Source of the DNA: Candidatus Moraniibacteriota bacterium
Lineage (GTDB): Bacteria > Patescibacteriota > Minisyncoccia > Moranbacterales > UBA1568
Assembly: GCA_008012175.1 (NCBI GenBank)
Contig: SSEF01000020.1
Location: 24,002-88,001, forward strand
DNA length: 64,000 nt
Direction: 5' to 3'
Made by a program: the position numbers and the translations under genes. The notes under the pieces are model-generated. The model searched no databases and was not told where the DNA came from. It worked only from the letters and a program-made list of their open reading frames with translations. Position 1 is the first letter of the stretch. Each line of letters begins with the position of its first letter. Shown here in pieces: positions 7,645-18,191 of this stretch.

Positions 7645-8256
7645 TTATCGATCAGTTCTTCTCATGAGGCTGGAAGCGGCATACAAACCGAGCGCCACGA
7701 CACCACCAAGTATATCAGCAAGCATGTCTTTCTGAGCATCCCAAACATCCCCCTGACTCCCGAGAAAGGCAATTCCAGCCGCTGGATCACTCAGAGACAC
7801 GTACCACCATTCAATAATCTCGTAACCCATCGCAACGAAAGCAACGGCGAAAAGCGGGAGGAGGTAGGTAACGAATCGACGATTAGCTGCGCCCGTTTGG
7901 TCGACCCACTCAGCAATGGCGTAGGCATAGAAACCAACGGAAAAGTGCGCGACACGATCATACATGTTTCGTTCAAAACCGAACAGTTCACCAAACCATT
8001 CAAACGGTACTCGTTCGAAAGTATAGTGCCCACCAACCGTATGCGCAAAAACCAGCACGCTCATGAGTACGTAGGCAAGCGGAGAAAACCGGACTTCCCT
8101 GAAGTACAAGACCGTCAAGCAAAGAACGATGCCGACGATCGGCAGGTTCTCAGCGTACCAGACCATTCGGTCGTGCGGTGCAACGGAAAGGACGATGAAG
8201 AGTAGGATGTAGGCGCTCAGCAGGAATCTTGGTACAAAAGCATTCAAGCGCTCCAT
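7645..8256 (-). CDS. DUF2238/YjdF-like inner membrane protein
   Basis: Multiple TM segments; HTVGGHYTF, RNMYDRVAH, FLGSQGDVWDAQKDM. Confidence 0.85.
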   Translation of the reverse strand: MERLNAFVPRFLLSAYILLFIVLSVAPHDRMVWYAENLPIVGIVLCLTVLYFREVRFSPLAYVLMSVLVFAHTVGGHYTFERVPFEWFGELFGFERNMYDRVAHFSVGFYAYAIAEWVDQTGAANRRFVTYLLPLFAVAFVAMGYEIIEWWYVSLSDPAAGIAFLGSQGDVWDAQKDMLADILGGVVALGLYAASSLMRRTDR

Positions 8257-8261
8257 ATAAA

Positions 8262-9851
8262 TCACCAGGGTAGCCAAGAATGCGGTTTCCGATAAATTGT
8301 ACCGGGCCGCTTGCCATTATACACCCCGTTTTCAATTACCAAAACGCCATTGATGAGGAGCGAGCTGACGCCTTCTGCATACTGATAAGGATCCTCTATC
8401 GTTGCCTTATCTGTAATAGTATTCGGATCAAATACAACGATATCCGCCAAATAGCCGGTTTTTAGAAATCCCCGACCAGCTAACTTGAACTTCGTTGCTG
8501 GCTTACCGGTCATCTTGTGCACTGCTTCCTCCCAAGAAAGCGAGTGCTGGCGCCGAACATATTCGGAAAATACCCGAGGAAAAGTACCGAAATTTCTTGG
8601 GTGAACGTGATCACCTGTTTTTGCATGTTCGAGAGTATAGCCCGATCCATTTGAACTCACGATCGAGAAAGGGTGACGGATCGCTTTCTGAACATTCTTC
8701 TCCGAAAGAGTCTCTAGCGAAACAATCGCCCGGCCCTCGCTCGCGAGCAGCACGTCGATAACAACATCTTCCGGAGACTTTCCATGAAGACTGGAAATTT
8801 CTGAAACCTTGCGCCGCGTGAGCATCTTGCTGATATTTGTGATGGAGAGGATCATTGAGGAATAGTCCGTGCCACTCTTCCGCATCTCAGCTACAACTGC
8901 CTCCCGAACCTTTGGATCGCGCAACCGGGCAAGCATGAGCTTGGCGCCATTTTCTGTTATCCAGGTTGGGAGAAATGTATACAGCACCGAACCCGTGACC
9001 GTATACGGGTAAACATCAAAACTAATATCCAGCTGATTGAGTGCTGCGGTCTCAATCAGATTGAAAGCTTCCTCCATGAGCGGCCAATTCTTCTTCCCAA
9101 CGGCTTTGAGATGGGAGATATGGAGTGGCACGTTGGATTTTCTCGCTACGGTAACCGCTTCCTCGACTGCCTTCGTGAGCCCTTCCCCCTCGTCACGAAC
9201 ATAGGTCGCATAAATCCCTTTCTCGCTCCGGACAAGGTCTACAAGCCGGAGAATTTCATTCATATGTGCACCGCGAGCATGCGTATAAAGAAGGCCCGTG
9301 GAGAATCCGATTGCCCCTTCGCGAAATGCTTGCTTCAACTGCCGTTCCATAACCTCCACTTCCGCATCATGAATCGGACGAGTTTCGTCTTTCATCGCAC
9401 CCCGGCGGAGAGTTCCATGGCCGATGAGCGTAGCAAAATTTACGGCCGGACGGCGCCTCTCAAGCGCCTCATAAAACTCGGCCAGGGTAAGCCAATTGAA
9501 GTTGATTTTGCTTACGTCAGTCCATTTTTGGATAGAGCGAATGATGTCCGGACGCACAAGCGGAGCGAGCGATGCTCCGGAATTGCCGCCGACGATTGTC
9601 GTTACGCCCTGATAGAGAAGGCTTTCAAGCGATGGAAAAGCCAAAAGCTGCCAATAGGTATCCGAATGATTATTCACGTCGATGAAACCGGGTGCAACAT
9701 ACTTTCCCGTTGCATCGATGACGCGCTCGGCAGCGCCGTTCACATTGCCGATAGCAACGATCCGCTCCTCCTGGATAGCAATATCGCCACGAAACATTGG
9801 CTCTCCAGAGCCATCAACTAAGGTTCCGTTCTTGATGAGAACATCGTACAT
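8262..9851 (-). CDS. N-acyl-D-amino-acid deacylase family protein (degenerate active site)
   Basis: Amidohydrolase scaffold: APGFID, QGVTTIV, GFSTGL, HPRNFGTFPRV, ADIVVFD; most metal ligands substituted. Confidence 0.85.
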   Translation of the reverse strand: MYDVLIKNGTLVDGSGEPMFRGDIAIQEERIVAIGNVNGAAERVIDATGKYVAPGFIDVNNHSDTYWQLLAFPSLESLLYQGVTTIVGGNSGASLAPLVRPDIIRSIQKWTDVSKINFNWLTLAEFYEALERRRPAVNFATLIGHGTLRRGAMKDETRPIHDAEVEVMERQLKQAFREGAIGFSTGLLYTHARGAHMNEILRLVDLVRSEKGIYATYVRDEGEGLTKAVEEAVTVARKSNVPLHISHLKAVGKKNWPLMEEAFNLIETAALNQLDISFDVYPYTVTGSVLYTFLPTWITENGAKLMLARLRDPKVREAVVAEMRKSGTDYSSMILSITNISKMLTRRKVSEISSLHGKSPEDVVIDVLLASEGRAIVSLETLSEKNVQKAIRHPFSIVSSNGSGYTLEHAKTGDHVHPRNFGTFPRVFSEYVRRQHSLSWEEAVHKMTGKPATKFKLAGRGFLKTGYLADIVVFDPNTITDKATIEDPYQYAEGVSSLLINGVLVIENGVYNGKRPGTIYRKPHSWLPW

Positions 9852-9875
9852 AACCTATCCACCGCTCATTTATCT

Positions 9876-10889
9876 TTATTTGACGAGCGTCACCATTTCG
9901 ACAAGTCGATTCGAGTACCCCCATTCGTTATCATACCACGCAACGATCTTTACCAAATCACCATCAATGACTTTTGTCAGTGACAAATCGACGATAGAAG
10001 AGTGCGGATTGCCTATGAAATCAGAAGACACGAGCGGCTCACTGGTCACCGCGAGCACGTGAGCATAACGCGGATTACGGCTCGCCTCCGTCAAGGCAGT
10101 ATTAATCTCTTGGACCGTCGTTTTCTTTTTCAAGAGAAACGTAAAATCTGTCAGTGAAACCACGACGGTTGGGACGCGAAATGACAGACCGTCAAAATGC
10201 CCTTTAAGTTCCGGAATTACCTGGGTCACAGCAATCGCCGCGCCCGTCGTTGTTGGGACAATATTCTGCGCCGCGGCGCGAGCACGACGCAAATCCCTGT
10301 GTGGACCGTCTTGCAAGCTCTGATCGGCAGTATAAGAATGAATGGTACTCATGAGTGCCTTCTCAATACCAAACCGTTCGTGCAGCACCTTAGCGACTGG
10401 CGCGAGTGAATTAGTCGTGCATGACGCATTGGAAATCATGGTCTCGCCAGCATAACCATCCGCATTTACACCGATAAGAAATGTTGGAACAGCACCATCA
10501 TCACCCTTTGACGGGGCAGAGAGTATCACGTGCTTCGCACCAGCCTCAATATGCTGCGCGATCGCGTCTCGATCAGTGAGACGCCCAGTACATTCAAGAA
10601 CAACATCAATTGCAAGCGCTTTCCATGGGAGCTTGAGAGGGTCCGGCTCGGCATACACAGGGTACTCTTTGCCATCGACAACAAGCTTCCTCTCTCCCGC
10701 TGTAACTGTTTTTGCATACTGGCCATAAGCCGTATCGTGCGCAAGAAGATGGGCCAAGACACTCGCCTCAGTCAGGTCATTGATCGCAACGATCTCTATT
10801 TCTGGCTTCTCCAAGGCTATCTTAAATGCTGCGCGACCAATCCGGCCAAAACCGTTGATGGCAACTCTCTTCTTTTCCATAGGCTGCAT
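9876..10889 (-). CDS. gap: Glyceraldehyde-3-phosphate dehydrogenase
   Basis: INGFGRIGR, SNASCTTN, WYDNEWGY. Confidence 0.98.
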   Translation of the reverse strand: MQPMEKKRVAINGFGRIGRAAFKIALEKPEIEIVAINDLTEASVLAHLLAHDTAYGQYAKTVTAGERKLVVDGKEYPVYAEPDPLKLPWKALAIDVVLECTGRLTDRDAIAQHIEAGAKHVILSAPSKGDDGAVPTFLIGVNADGYAGETMISNASCTTNSLAPVAKVLHERFGIEKALMSTIHSYTADQSLQDGPHRDLRRARAAAQNIVPTTTGAAIAVTQVIPELKGHFDGLSFRVPTVVVSLTDFTFLLKKKTTVQEINTALTEASRNPRYAHVLAVTSEPLVSSDFIGNPHSSIVDLSLTKVIDGDLVKIVAWYDNEWGYSNRLVEMVTLVK

Positions 10890-10926
10890 GTTAAACAGTG
10901 ATTTACGTCTTCTGTACTATACTCTC

Positions 10927-11787
10927 TCAGGCCCTGCCAGACGAACCGAAAAGATCCATCTTCGCCTTCACAGCTTCACGGAATGCTTCTCGAGCAGGCA
11001 TGAGTATTTTCCGGATATCAACGGCATCATTCGTAGGAAGTGTCTGACGAAGCGTCTGAATGAACGCTGTCTTCGTTGCAGTCTCGACATTGAAACAGGC
11101 GACACCCAGGCGGATGACTCGGTCAACCTTCTCTCCCTCCCAATCCGAAGCGCCATGGAGCACTAGTGGGAGATTGATGCGCTCACGAATCGCCGCCAGT
11201 CGATCAAAATCTGGCTCAGGCCGCTCAGGAAATGACCCGTGTGCATTGCCGATCCCAATTGCAAGGGTATCGACAGCTGTTGTCCGGACATAGGCATCGG
11301 CCTGCGCAGGATTTGTCATATACCTATCCCAATCCATATGTTCAATATCCGCAATTTCTCCTTTGTACGGAACGTTGCCCAGCTCCCCCTGAACGGTCGC
11401 GCCTTTCACATGAGCTTCACGGACGATTGCTGCGGTCGACTCCATATTCTCCTCATACGGCAATGTTGACGCGTCCATCATCACTGACTTGAAACCAATC
11501 GCGAGCGCCTCACGAACAACCGCTACATTACGGCCATGATCGAGATGGATCGCCAACGGGATATCAGGAAAATAAAAATCAGCGATATTCTTCACAAGAT
11601 GATACATCGCATGGCCACCGCCATACTGAAAAGTTTTCTCCGTCATCTGAATAATGACCGGTGAGCGTTTTTCGGCTGCAGCTTCCAGAATCGCCCATGT
11701 TGTTTCAAGATTGACGGTATTGAAAGCTCCTACAGCGTAACCGCTCTTTTGGGCCTCCGTCAGGATCTTCTTGGCTGAGATAATCAT
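10927..11787 (-). CDS. fba: Class II fructose-bisphosphate aldolase
   Basis: AVGAFN, HLDHG, GNAHG, LVLHGAS. Confidence 0.93.
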   Translation of the reverse strand: MIISAKKILTEAQKSGYAVGAFNTVNLETTWAILEAAAEKRSPVIIQMTEKTFQYGGGHAMYHLVKNIADFYFPDIPLAIHLDHGRNVAVVREALAIGFKSVMMDASTLPYEENMESTAAIVREAHVKGATVQGELGNVPYKGEIADIEHMDWDRYMTNPAQADAYVRTTAVDTLAIGIGNAHGSFPERPEPDFDRLAAIRERINLPLVLHGASDWEGEKVDRVIRLGVACFNVETATKTAFIQTLRQTLPTNDAVDIRKILMPAREAFREAVKAKMDLFGSSGRA

Positions 11788-11801
11788 AGCGTCCCGGGGT
11801 T

Positions 11802-12581
11802 TTATGACGATCGTCCTAAGGTTTGCTCGGCATCGAGCATCATCTTCACAAGTTCGCGCGGATACAGGCTCTCTCCACCGACAAGAACTCCTGCCATCTC
11901 GGCCTCCCAGGAGACAGATGCGAGCGTCGCTGCTTTCACTGACCCCCCGTAGATGACTGCTATACGCTCAGCCAGTACCGGGTCATAGAGCTCGGAAAAA
12001 AGCTTGCGAAGATAGACCCTGACCTGGAGGATATCTGCCGTTGAAGGCGTTATGCCCGTACCAATCGCCCAGCGCGGCTCGTAAGCAACTAATATACGCT
12101 CTGCAAAAAGTGGTGAGAGGCCAGAAAAAACCGGCCGGACAGTTCGCTCAATAACCGCTGCCGTTTCATCGCATCGGCGCTCCTCGGCCGTCTCTCCAAG
12201 ACAAACAATCGGGATCAGGTTCTCCTTGAGCGCAAGCCGCGTCTTCATTGCAACGAGCTCATCGGTCTCTGCCGCGTACATACGGCGCTCGCTATGGCCA
12301 AGAATAACGTATTCGACACCTGCGTCACGAAGCATGAGAGGAGAAATCTCGCCCGTGAAGGCCCCTTTTGTTTCCCAGCCCATATTTTGAGCAGCGATTG
12401 AAAAGCCGTCCGGTATATGACTGAAGCCTCCAAGATGGATGCTCGGCGGTGCAATAATACCGCGCGCATTCGGAAACGACTTGCCGGAGGATTCGCGACG
12501 GAGCTGTGACAGATACTCGGCCACTTCCTCACGACTTTGGAGGTTCATCTTCAAATTCCCGATGACATAGAAGGGCGCCAT
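11802..12581 (-). CDS. tpiA: Triosephosphate isomerase
   Basis: GNLKMN, GHSERR, AYEPRWAIGTG, YGGSV. Confidence 0.96.
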   Translation of the reverse strand: MAPFYVIGNLKMNLQSREEVAEYLSQLRRESSGKSFPNARGIIAPPSIHLGGFSHIPDGFSIAAQNMGWETKGAFTGEISPLMLRDAGVEYVILGHSERRMYAAETDELVAMKTRLALKENLIPIVCLGETAEERRCDETAAVIERTVRPVFSGLSPLFAERILVAYEPRWAIGTGITPSTADILQVRVYLRKLFSELYDPVLAERIAVIYGGSVKAATLASVSWEAEMAGVLVGGESLYPRELVKMMLDAEQTLGRSS

Positions 12582-12592
12582 ATGATTTTCTG

Positions 12593-13618
12593 TCAGGCTA
12601 CTTTCAACTGTTCGCGGAGAAAGGTGGCTGCTTTCTCGGGCTCGATCGATGAGATTTCGATCCCTGTTGAAAGCTCGAAGCCGGCCCAGGTCGCCGTATG
12701 CGGTGCAATTTCAATGTGCCACTGGAAATGCGGATAGTCCTTGCCATCACACGGTGCAGTATAGAGATAAAAATTATAGGCCGGATCTCCCAATCCTACA
12801 TAGATTGACTGGAGTGCTTTTTGAAGAGCATCGCCTGCTGTGAATTTTTCGGCCTCAGTCATCCGCTCGAAATATGGATTAGGTCGTTTTCCTACGACCC
12901 AGAGCTCAAATGCGACACGCGACGCATACGGAGCAAAGACAACAAAATCATCGTTCTCATAGACGAGTCGCTTTCGTTTTTCCTGTTCATAATCGACCAT
13001 AACACTGTAGACACGCTGACGATGACTCTTGTAGAAGCGCTCTGCACCGGAAAGGATCGATTCGACATATGGCGCTACGACCGGCACAGCCATGAGCTGG
13101 GAGTGCGGATGCGCGACGGAAGCGCCAGCTTCCTTGCCATGATTATGAAAAATCTGGATATAATTGACGCTCGCCTTGTTCATAAGCGCGAGATAACGGT
13201 CCTGATACGCGTCAAGGAGCTCCGCTACCTGCCAGTTCTCGAAAAGAGCGATCGAGCGATCCGCATCGCGCGTCACGATGACCTCATGGTATCCAACGGC
13301 AGACATGCCGAAATACGGACCATCAGCAAGCGACTTCGGACGACCATTTGAACGCGATACTGCCGGATACTTGTTGGGAAAAACCCGCAGGCTCCAGTCG
13401 CCGTCCGGGCGCATATAGATGAGTGTGTCTTCCTCTTGCCCGCTTGCTTCTGGATTCTCAAAAATATCCGGGCTCTTGGCCGTGTCAGCGCGGGGCGGAG
13501 CAACAAAGTCATCGGGACGCTTTGCTCGGGCTGTCGCTATGATGACCCAGTCCCCGGTCACCAGATCCTGCCGAAGTTCGGATACTCCTTGACGCTTGTT
13601 TTCTTCTCTGGCTGCCAT
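12593..13618 (-). CDS. galT: Galactose-1-phosphate uridylyltransferase-like
   Basis: ELRQDLVTGDWVIIA..RAKRP, PNKYP, GASVAHPHSQ. Confidence 0.9.
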   Translation of the reverse strand: MAAREENKRQGVSELRQDLVTGDWVIIATARAKRPDDFVAPPRADTAKSPDIFENPEASGQEEDTLIYMRPDGDWSLRVFPNKYPAVSRSNGRPKSLADGPYFGMSAVGYHEVIVTRDADRSIALFENWQVAELLDAYQDRYLALMNKASVNYIQIFHNHGKEAGASVAHPHSQLMAVPVVAPYVESILSGAERFYKSHRQRVYSVMVDYEQEKRKRLVYENDDFVVFAPYASRVAFELWVVGKRPNPYFERMTEAEKFTAGDALQKALQSIYVGLGDPAYNFYLYTAPCDGKDYPHFQWHIEIAPHTATWAGFELSTGIEISSIEPEKAATFLREQLKVA

Positions 13619-13660
13619 GGTATGTGTTTTTGTTCGTGTTTTCCTACTCCAGATCCTCGG

Positions 13661-14416
13661 CTAGGACTTGTAGTCACCTATCCTGTACTGCCCGGTCAAA
13701 AGACGCCATTTTGTCTTGAAGAGATCGATAAGCACCTGGATGAAACCGTTTGGGCCGGTAAGACTCACGGTCGAGCCTTCCTCATTCATCCAGCGGACTG
13801 GGATTTGTTTCACTTTGAAGCCCAGCTTTTCCGCGAGTACGATGAGCTCGAAATCAAAACCGAAACGATCAACCACCATTCGGCTCGCGATCGCCTCCGC
13901 AGCCTTTCCAGAGAGAACCTTGAACCCACACTGCGTATCTGGATAGCGCCAGAGCCCCAAGATGATGCGGATAAGCCAATTGCCTCCCTCGCCCATGATT
14001 TCCCGATGACGCGGCTGATGAACCTGGATGAATGAGCCTTCGATCTTGCGCGATCCGATTACAACATCATAGCCTTCTTGGAGGAGTGGGAGGCTCGCAT
14101 CAAGATGTGAGATGGCTGTTGATCCGTCAGCATCGAGAAAAACCCGGTATGTTCCCTTCCCTTCAAGAAGCGCCTGACGGACGACGTAGCCCTTGCCGTG
14201 GTTCTCGGGATTATTGACAACTCGAAGGTGCGGAACGGTAAGTGCATAGTTCCGGGCTACCTCAGCTGTATTGTCCGGTGATCCATCGACGACGACGATA
14301 ATCTCATAGGTAAACGTCTTGCTCTTGAGATAGCGATCAATCTCGAGCAAGTTATGGCCGATGCGCTCGCCTTCTTTGTATGCAGGAATCAAGACCGACA
14401 GGTATGGGGTCTCCAT
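13661..14416 (-). CDS. Glycosyltransferase family 2 (dolichyl-phosphate glucosyltransferase-like)
   Basis: SVLIPAYKE, DGSPD, GKG, FLDADG, DTQCGFK, FGFDFE. Confidence 0.9.
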   Translation of the reverse strand: METPYLSVLIPAYKEGERIGHNLLEIDRYLKSKTFTYEIIVVVDGSPDNTAEVARNYALTVPHLRVVNNPENHGKGYVVRQALLEGKGTYRVFLDADGSTAISHLDASLPLLQEGYDVVIGSRKIEGSFIQVHQPRHREIMGEGGNWLIRIILGLWRYPDTQCGFKVLSGKAAEAIASRMVVDRFGFDFELIVLAEKLGFKVKQIPVRWMNEEGSTVSLTGPNGFIQVLIDLFKTKWRLLTGQYRIGDYKS

Positions 14417-14550
14417 AGGAACGAAACAGTTAAAGCTTACGGCTTTATTGTAGCATAATAATCCCCAGTCCCGGGGAAAACCAGCCGCGGACAAGGAAGC
14501 TACAACGAGGAGAAATTTCATCACGCGCCTTCATCTTCCCCTGCTATCGG

Positions 14551-14621
14551 TCGGGCTGCCGGGAATCGAACCCGGCCTACGTGCACCCCATGCACGCGTA
14601 CTGCCGATATACTACAGCCCG
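14551..14621 (-). tRNA. tRNA-Pro(GGG)
   Basis: Acceptor CGGGCTG/CAGCCCG, anticodon arm CGTGC-ATGGGGT-GCACG, T-arm GGTTCGATTCC; CCA not encoded. Confidence 0.93.
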
Positions 14622-14767
14622 AATAACTTGTAGTCCCTGCGCTATTAAGAGGAAAGGAGTGTTTGAAACAGAGTGAGGATATCAAACTGGGAAGAAATTG
14701 AAAAGGAGTCTCTTGTGGAGGCTCCTTCTTGCCGCGTTGCGGCGGTGGCCCTGGGGCCGAAAGACGG

Positions 14768-14962
14768 TCATCTGCCGCCAGATTGCTTTTTCTCTTCCCC
14801 GAACGCCGGAATACCGTGTTCAGCGAGATGGTAGGATGTGTCTTCCATGTTCGGGTTCACGCTGCCATCATCCAGTCCGGTCCGATCAATAACCAGCGCC
14901 AGCCTTTCCCGAATGGTTTGCTCGGGGAGATCCAGGCGCCCTACTTGGTTCAGATCATCCAT
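14768..14962 (-). CDS. Small hypothetical protein (64 aa)
   Basis: AAAGGAG RBS before ATG; terminator-like hairpin downstream at 14701-14729. Confidence 0.5.
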   Translation of the reverse strand: MDDLNQVGRLDLPEQTIRERLALVIDRTGLDDGSVNPNMEDTSYHLAEHGIPAFGEEKKQSGGR

Positions 14963-15173
14963 TTTATGCTCCTTTGAATCAGGGTAGAGGCATCGCCCCT
15001 ACAAAACAGAGAAAAACCCCGCTGATACGCACGGATGCGATTCAGCAGCAGGCCACCATATTCCCAGTCACCAGCCAGGAAATATACGCTATCCTATACC
15101 TATTGGATTTTTTTGCAAGGGCATACAAAAAGGCCCCATCAGGGGTCCTTTTGGAAGATGCTTCTACAGTTAC

Positions 15174-15782
15174 CTATTCAAGGATACCATCGAGATTTAC
15201 ATCGTAGAGGATCTGCTCCTGGACGAGGCGATACTTCAGGATCTCGGACTCTTCGAACCAGATCGGGATCTCGCGTTCGGCCTCCTCCGGACTATCAGAG
15301 CAGTGCACCAGATTTCGAACAGCACGGTTGTCGATAGAGGAAAGCGCGTAGGAATCCACGGTCAGGTCGCCGCGAATCGTGCCGACATCCGATGTGGTCG
15401 GTTCAGTCCCGCCGACGAGCTTCTTCACGATAGCGACGGACTGGTTGCCCTCGACGACGAACGCGAGGACCGGGCCTGATGTGAAAAAATCGACGTTCGC
15501 CTGGATGATGTCCTTGCCGTACTCGATCGGCTCCTTGTCGATAGAAAGCCCCTGAGCCTTGCGATCATCGACGACGCGCCCGCCCTTCTTCAGGAACCAT
15601 TCCTCGTCTTTGTTATAGTGCGTCCAGCACTGCTCCGCCTTTGGGAGGATGAACTTCATCGCCACGAACTTGAGGCCGGTATTCTCGATGCGCGACAGGA
15701 TAGTCCCCATGAGCGAGCGCTGGATAGCGTCTGGCTTCAGGATGACGAGCGAACGTTCTTTCTTCGGATGCGCGGCGACCAT
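15174..15782 (-). CDS. ndk: Nucleoside diphosphate kinase
   Basis: ERSLVILKPDA, SGPV, GTIRGD, NLVHCSDS. Confidence 0.95.
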   Translation of the reverse strand: MVAAHPKKERSLVILKPDAIQRSLMGTILSRIENTGLKFVAMKFILPKAEQCWTHYNKDEEWFLKKGGRVVDDRKAQGLSIDKEPIEYGKDIIQANVDFFTSGPVLAFVVEGNQSVAIVKKLVGGTEPTTSDVGTIRGDLTVDSYALSSIDNRAVRNLVHCSDSPEEAEREIPIWFEESEILKYRLVQEQILYDVNLDGILE

Positions 15783-15855
15783 AGGCTCTTCCTTTATGAA
15801 AAACAATTACGCTCGGACTCTAACACGAAATTCATTTTACTGCAAGGGTCTCGCG

Positions 15856-16704
15856 TTATTCTTTCCTCTTGCAGCGGTTTTCCCGACACGTATAGACAAT
15901 GTCGCCATCGGTATCCGTCCGACGGATTGCAGCACCGTGCGCTGAAAGCCGAGCAAGGACACTCGCATGCGGATGACCATAGCTGTTCTCCCCAACTGAG
16001 ATGACCGCTTCGTCTGGCTGTACGAGATCAAGAAATGCATCGCTCGTCGAATACTGCGAGCCGTGATGTGCCACTTTGAGAATAGCAGAGGGCCCGATAT
16101 CCGGGATGAACTGTTCCTCATCCGGCAGATCCCCCGCGAGGAGGAAGCTCGTCTCGCCGAATTCGAAACGAGCAACCACACTCCCCTCATTCGTCTCAGG
16201 CACATCGGCTGGAAGCGGCGCATATGGATAAAGGAAAGAGAGCCGACCGCCCTCTGGCAAATCAAGCACTGTACCGCGAAGCGCCGGGATGATCCGAGCA
16301 CCTTCACGCTCGAGGTCGCGATAAAAGAGAAACGCTGATTTCGTATCGGTCCGGGCACCGGTATCGGCAGCCATCACCACTTGATAGCGTTCGAGAAGAG
16401 CTGATAATCCGCCAACATGGTCGGCATCCGGATGCGTCGGAATGAGGAGTTCGATCGTCCGGTCGTAGAACGGCACATAGCGGCCGATCCGAGAGAGAAG
16501 ACGCCGCCCATCGCGACCGCCATCAACCAGGATCTGGTTCATGCCCTGCGAAATAAGAATGGCGTCTCCCTGTCCGACCGAGAGAAAAACAACGCGCGTC
16601 TCATCGATATCGGTATGGATAAGGTAGAGCCATGCGCCAAATACCACTACTAATACTGCAAGAAGTATTAGGAAAGTTGTTTTAGTGGCCCATCCCCAAT
16701 GCAT
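15856..16704 (-). CDS. ComEC/Rec2 metallo-beta-lactamase domain protein
   Basis: VGQGDA, THPDADHVGG, LKVAHHGS, NSYGHPH. Confidence 0.92.
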   Translation of the reverse strand: MHWGWATKTTFLILLAVLVVVFGAWLYLIHTDIDETRVVFLSVGQGDAILISQGMNQILVDGGRDGRRLLSRIGRYVPFYDRTIELLIPTHPDADHVGGLSALLERYQVVMAADTGARTDTKSAFLFYRDLEREGARIIPALRGTVLDLPEGGRLSFLYPYAPLPADVPETNEGSVVARFEFGETSFLLAGDLPDEEQFIPDIGPSAILKVAHHGSQYSTSDAFLDLVQPDEAVISVGENSYGHPHASVLARLSAHGAAIRRTDTDGDIVYTCRENRCKRKE

Positions 16705-18148
16705 AGCGTTTGCGTATTTTCTCTAGTCCGAAAAAAACAGCGCCCAAACTGACGTACCAGACTACAGTAAAAACCGGTGAACTGTCGAGACCAGAAAGGG
16801 TTGCCCAGGGGACGCCAGAAAAGATCTCGGCTGAACGAATGATCACCGCGAGCGGTAACCAGGCAAAGGGCAGTACGAGGAAACCGATCGTTGGAATAAA
16901 CGAGGTGAACGCGATAGCTGCAAGACCGGTAAACATGGCGATCGGGACGAGCGGGAGGATGAACGCATTTGCCAATGGGGCGACGAGCGAAAGCGTACCG
17001 AAGGCCCCGACAATGACAGGTAGCGTGAAGAGTTCGATAGTGATAGTCGTCAGGAAAAGCGCAGCTGCCTTGCCATACCAATGATGGAAGAATCCGAAAG
17101 TCTCAAAATGCCGCGCAAAGACAAGGAGTGCCAGGGTCGCGAGGAAAGAGAGCTGAAAACCGACATCATAGCGAATGAGCAGCGGATTTGCTACGAGCAT
17201 AATAGCGCCGGCAATGAGGAGTCCGTTCCATGATGCCGCCGGACGACCGACAAGGTAAGCACCGAAAGCGAGCCAGGCCATAAGCGCGGCGCGGAACGAA
17301 GCAGCTGAGCTGTCGATGACGAGAAGGAAAAAGATAAGCCCAATGACTGCCACTATAACTGCCCAACGCCGCCAAAGCCCGAGGCCAAGAGCGAGAATAA
17401 CGAGTCCCTCCGCAACGATGCTCATGTTGTATCCGGAGACTGCAACAATATGCGATAGTCCCGCGCGAGCAAACGCATCACGGATCTCTGGAACAAGACG
17501 GTCGCCTCCGCCCACGAGAAGGCCTGCAAGGAGTCTGGATTCCGGTTCGGGAAGGAGCGCACTCACCCGGCTTTCAAAATCAGACCGGATCAAGAAGAGT
17601 ATCTGGCGAAAACCGGATACTCCCCTATCTACTGATGCCTCAAAATGGCCACCGCGCTCACACGCATAGCCGATGCCCCGGCTCGCAAGGAACATACGGT
17701 AATCGAAATCCGAAGAAAAATTTTCAGGCCGTTTTAACTGGCAGGAAAAGTCAATCCTCTCGCCAGGCTGCCCAATGAAATCGATCGCAGCACGATACAG
17801 GATATCGCCGCCAGTCCAGTCGTTAGCAACGGGACGAAGCGCTACCGGCTGATAGAACACTCGAGTCTCTCCGCGGTCGATGATTTCGACCAGGCCAGAA
17901 AACTGAACCTCTCCGGCAAGTCCCTGCCAATGTTCGGCTGACCGGGCATACAAAAATATCCCGCCCCAGAAGGCAACCGCAAGCGCGATGCCGTGAAAAA
18001 CCTGCTGGCGTGATGAAATGAGGGCGATGAAAGCGATGCCGCCGGCAGTAAGAAGAAGTCCGATAACAATCGCTTCATGGAACAGCCACGCAGCAAGTCC
18101 CATGCCCGCGATCACTCCAATCGCCACCTCCTTCATCCATTGCGACAT
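16682..18148 (-). CDS. comEC: ComEC/Rec2 competence membrane protein
   Basis: FDYRMFL, GLSHIVAVSGYN, RAALM, VGFQLSFLAT; many TM segments. Confidence 0.92.
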   Translation of the reverse strand: MSQWMKEVAIGVIAGMGLAAWLFHEAIVIGLLLTAGGIAFIALISSRQQVFHGIALAVAFWGGIFLYARSAEHWQGLAGEVQFSGLVEIIDRGETRVFYQPVALRPVANDWTGGDILYRAAIDFIGQPGERIDFSCQLKRPENFSSDFDYRMFLASRGIGYACERGGHFEASVDRGVSGFRQILFLIRSDFESRVSALLPEPESRLLAGLLVGGGDRLVPEIRDAFARAGLSHIVAVSGYNMSIVAEGLVILALGLGLWRRWAVIVAVIGLIFFLLVIDSSAASFRAALMAWLAFGAYLVGRPAASWNGLLIAGAIMLVANPLLIRYDVGFQLSFLATLALLVFARHFETFGFFHHWYGKAAALFLTTITIELFTLPVIVGAFGTLSLVAPLANAFILPLVPIAMFTGLAAIAFTSFIPTIGFLVLPFAWLPLAVIIRSAEIFSGVPWATLSGLDSSPVFTVVWYVSLGAVFFGLEKIRKRYALGMGH

Positions 18149-18191
18149 ATCCCGTCTGCGCTCCTTCCGATACCCAGCAGAAGGTAAAAAA

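Noticed and set aside
15856-18148. ComEC split in two as a pseudogene
   Set aside because: Both halves are intact domains with a normal short overlap, and the second has its own start and TM anchor
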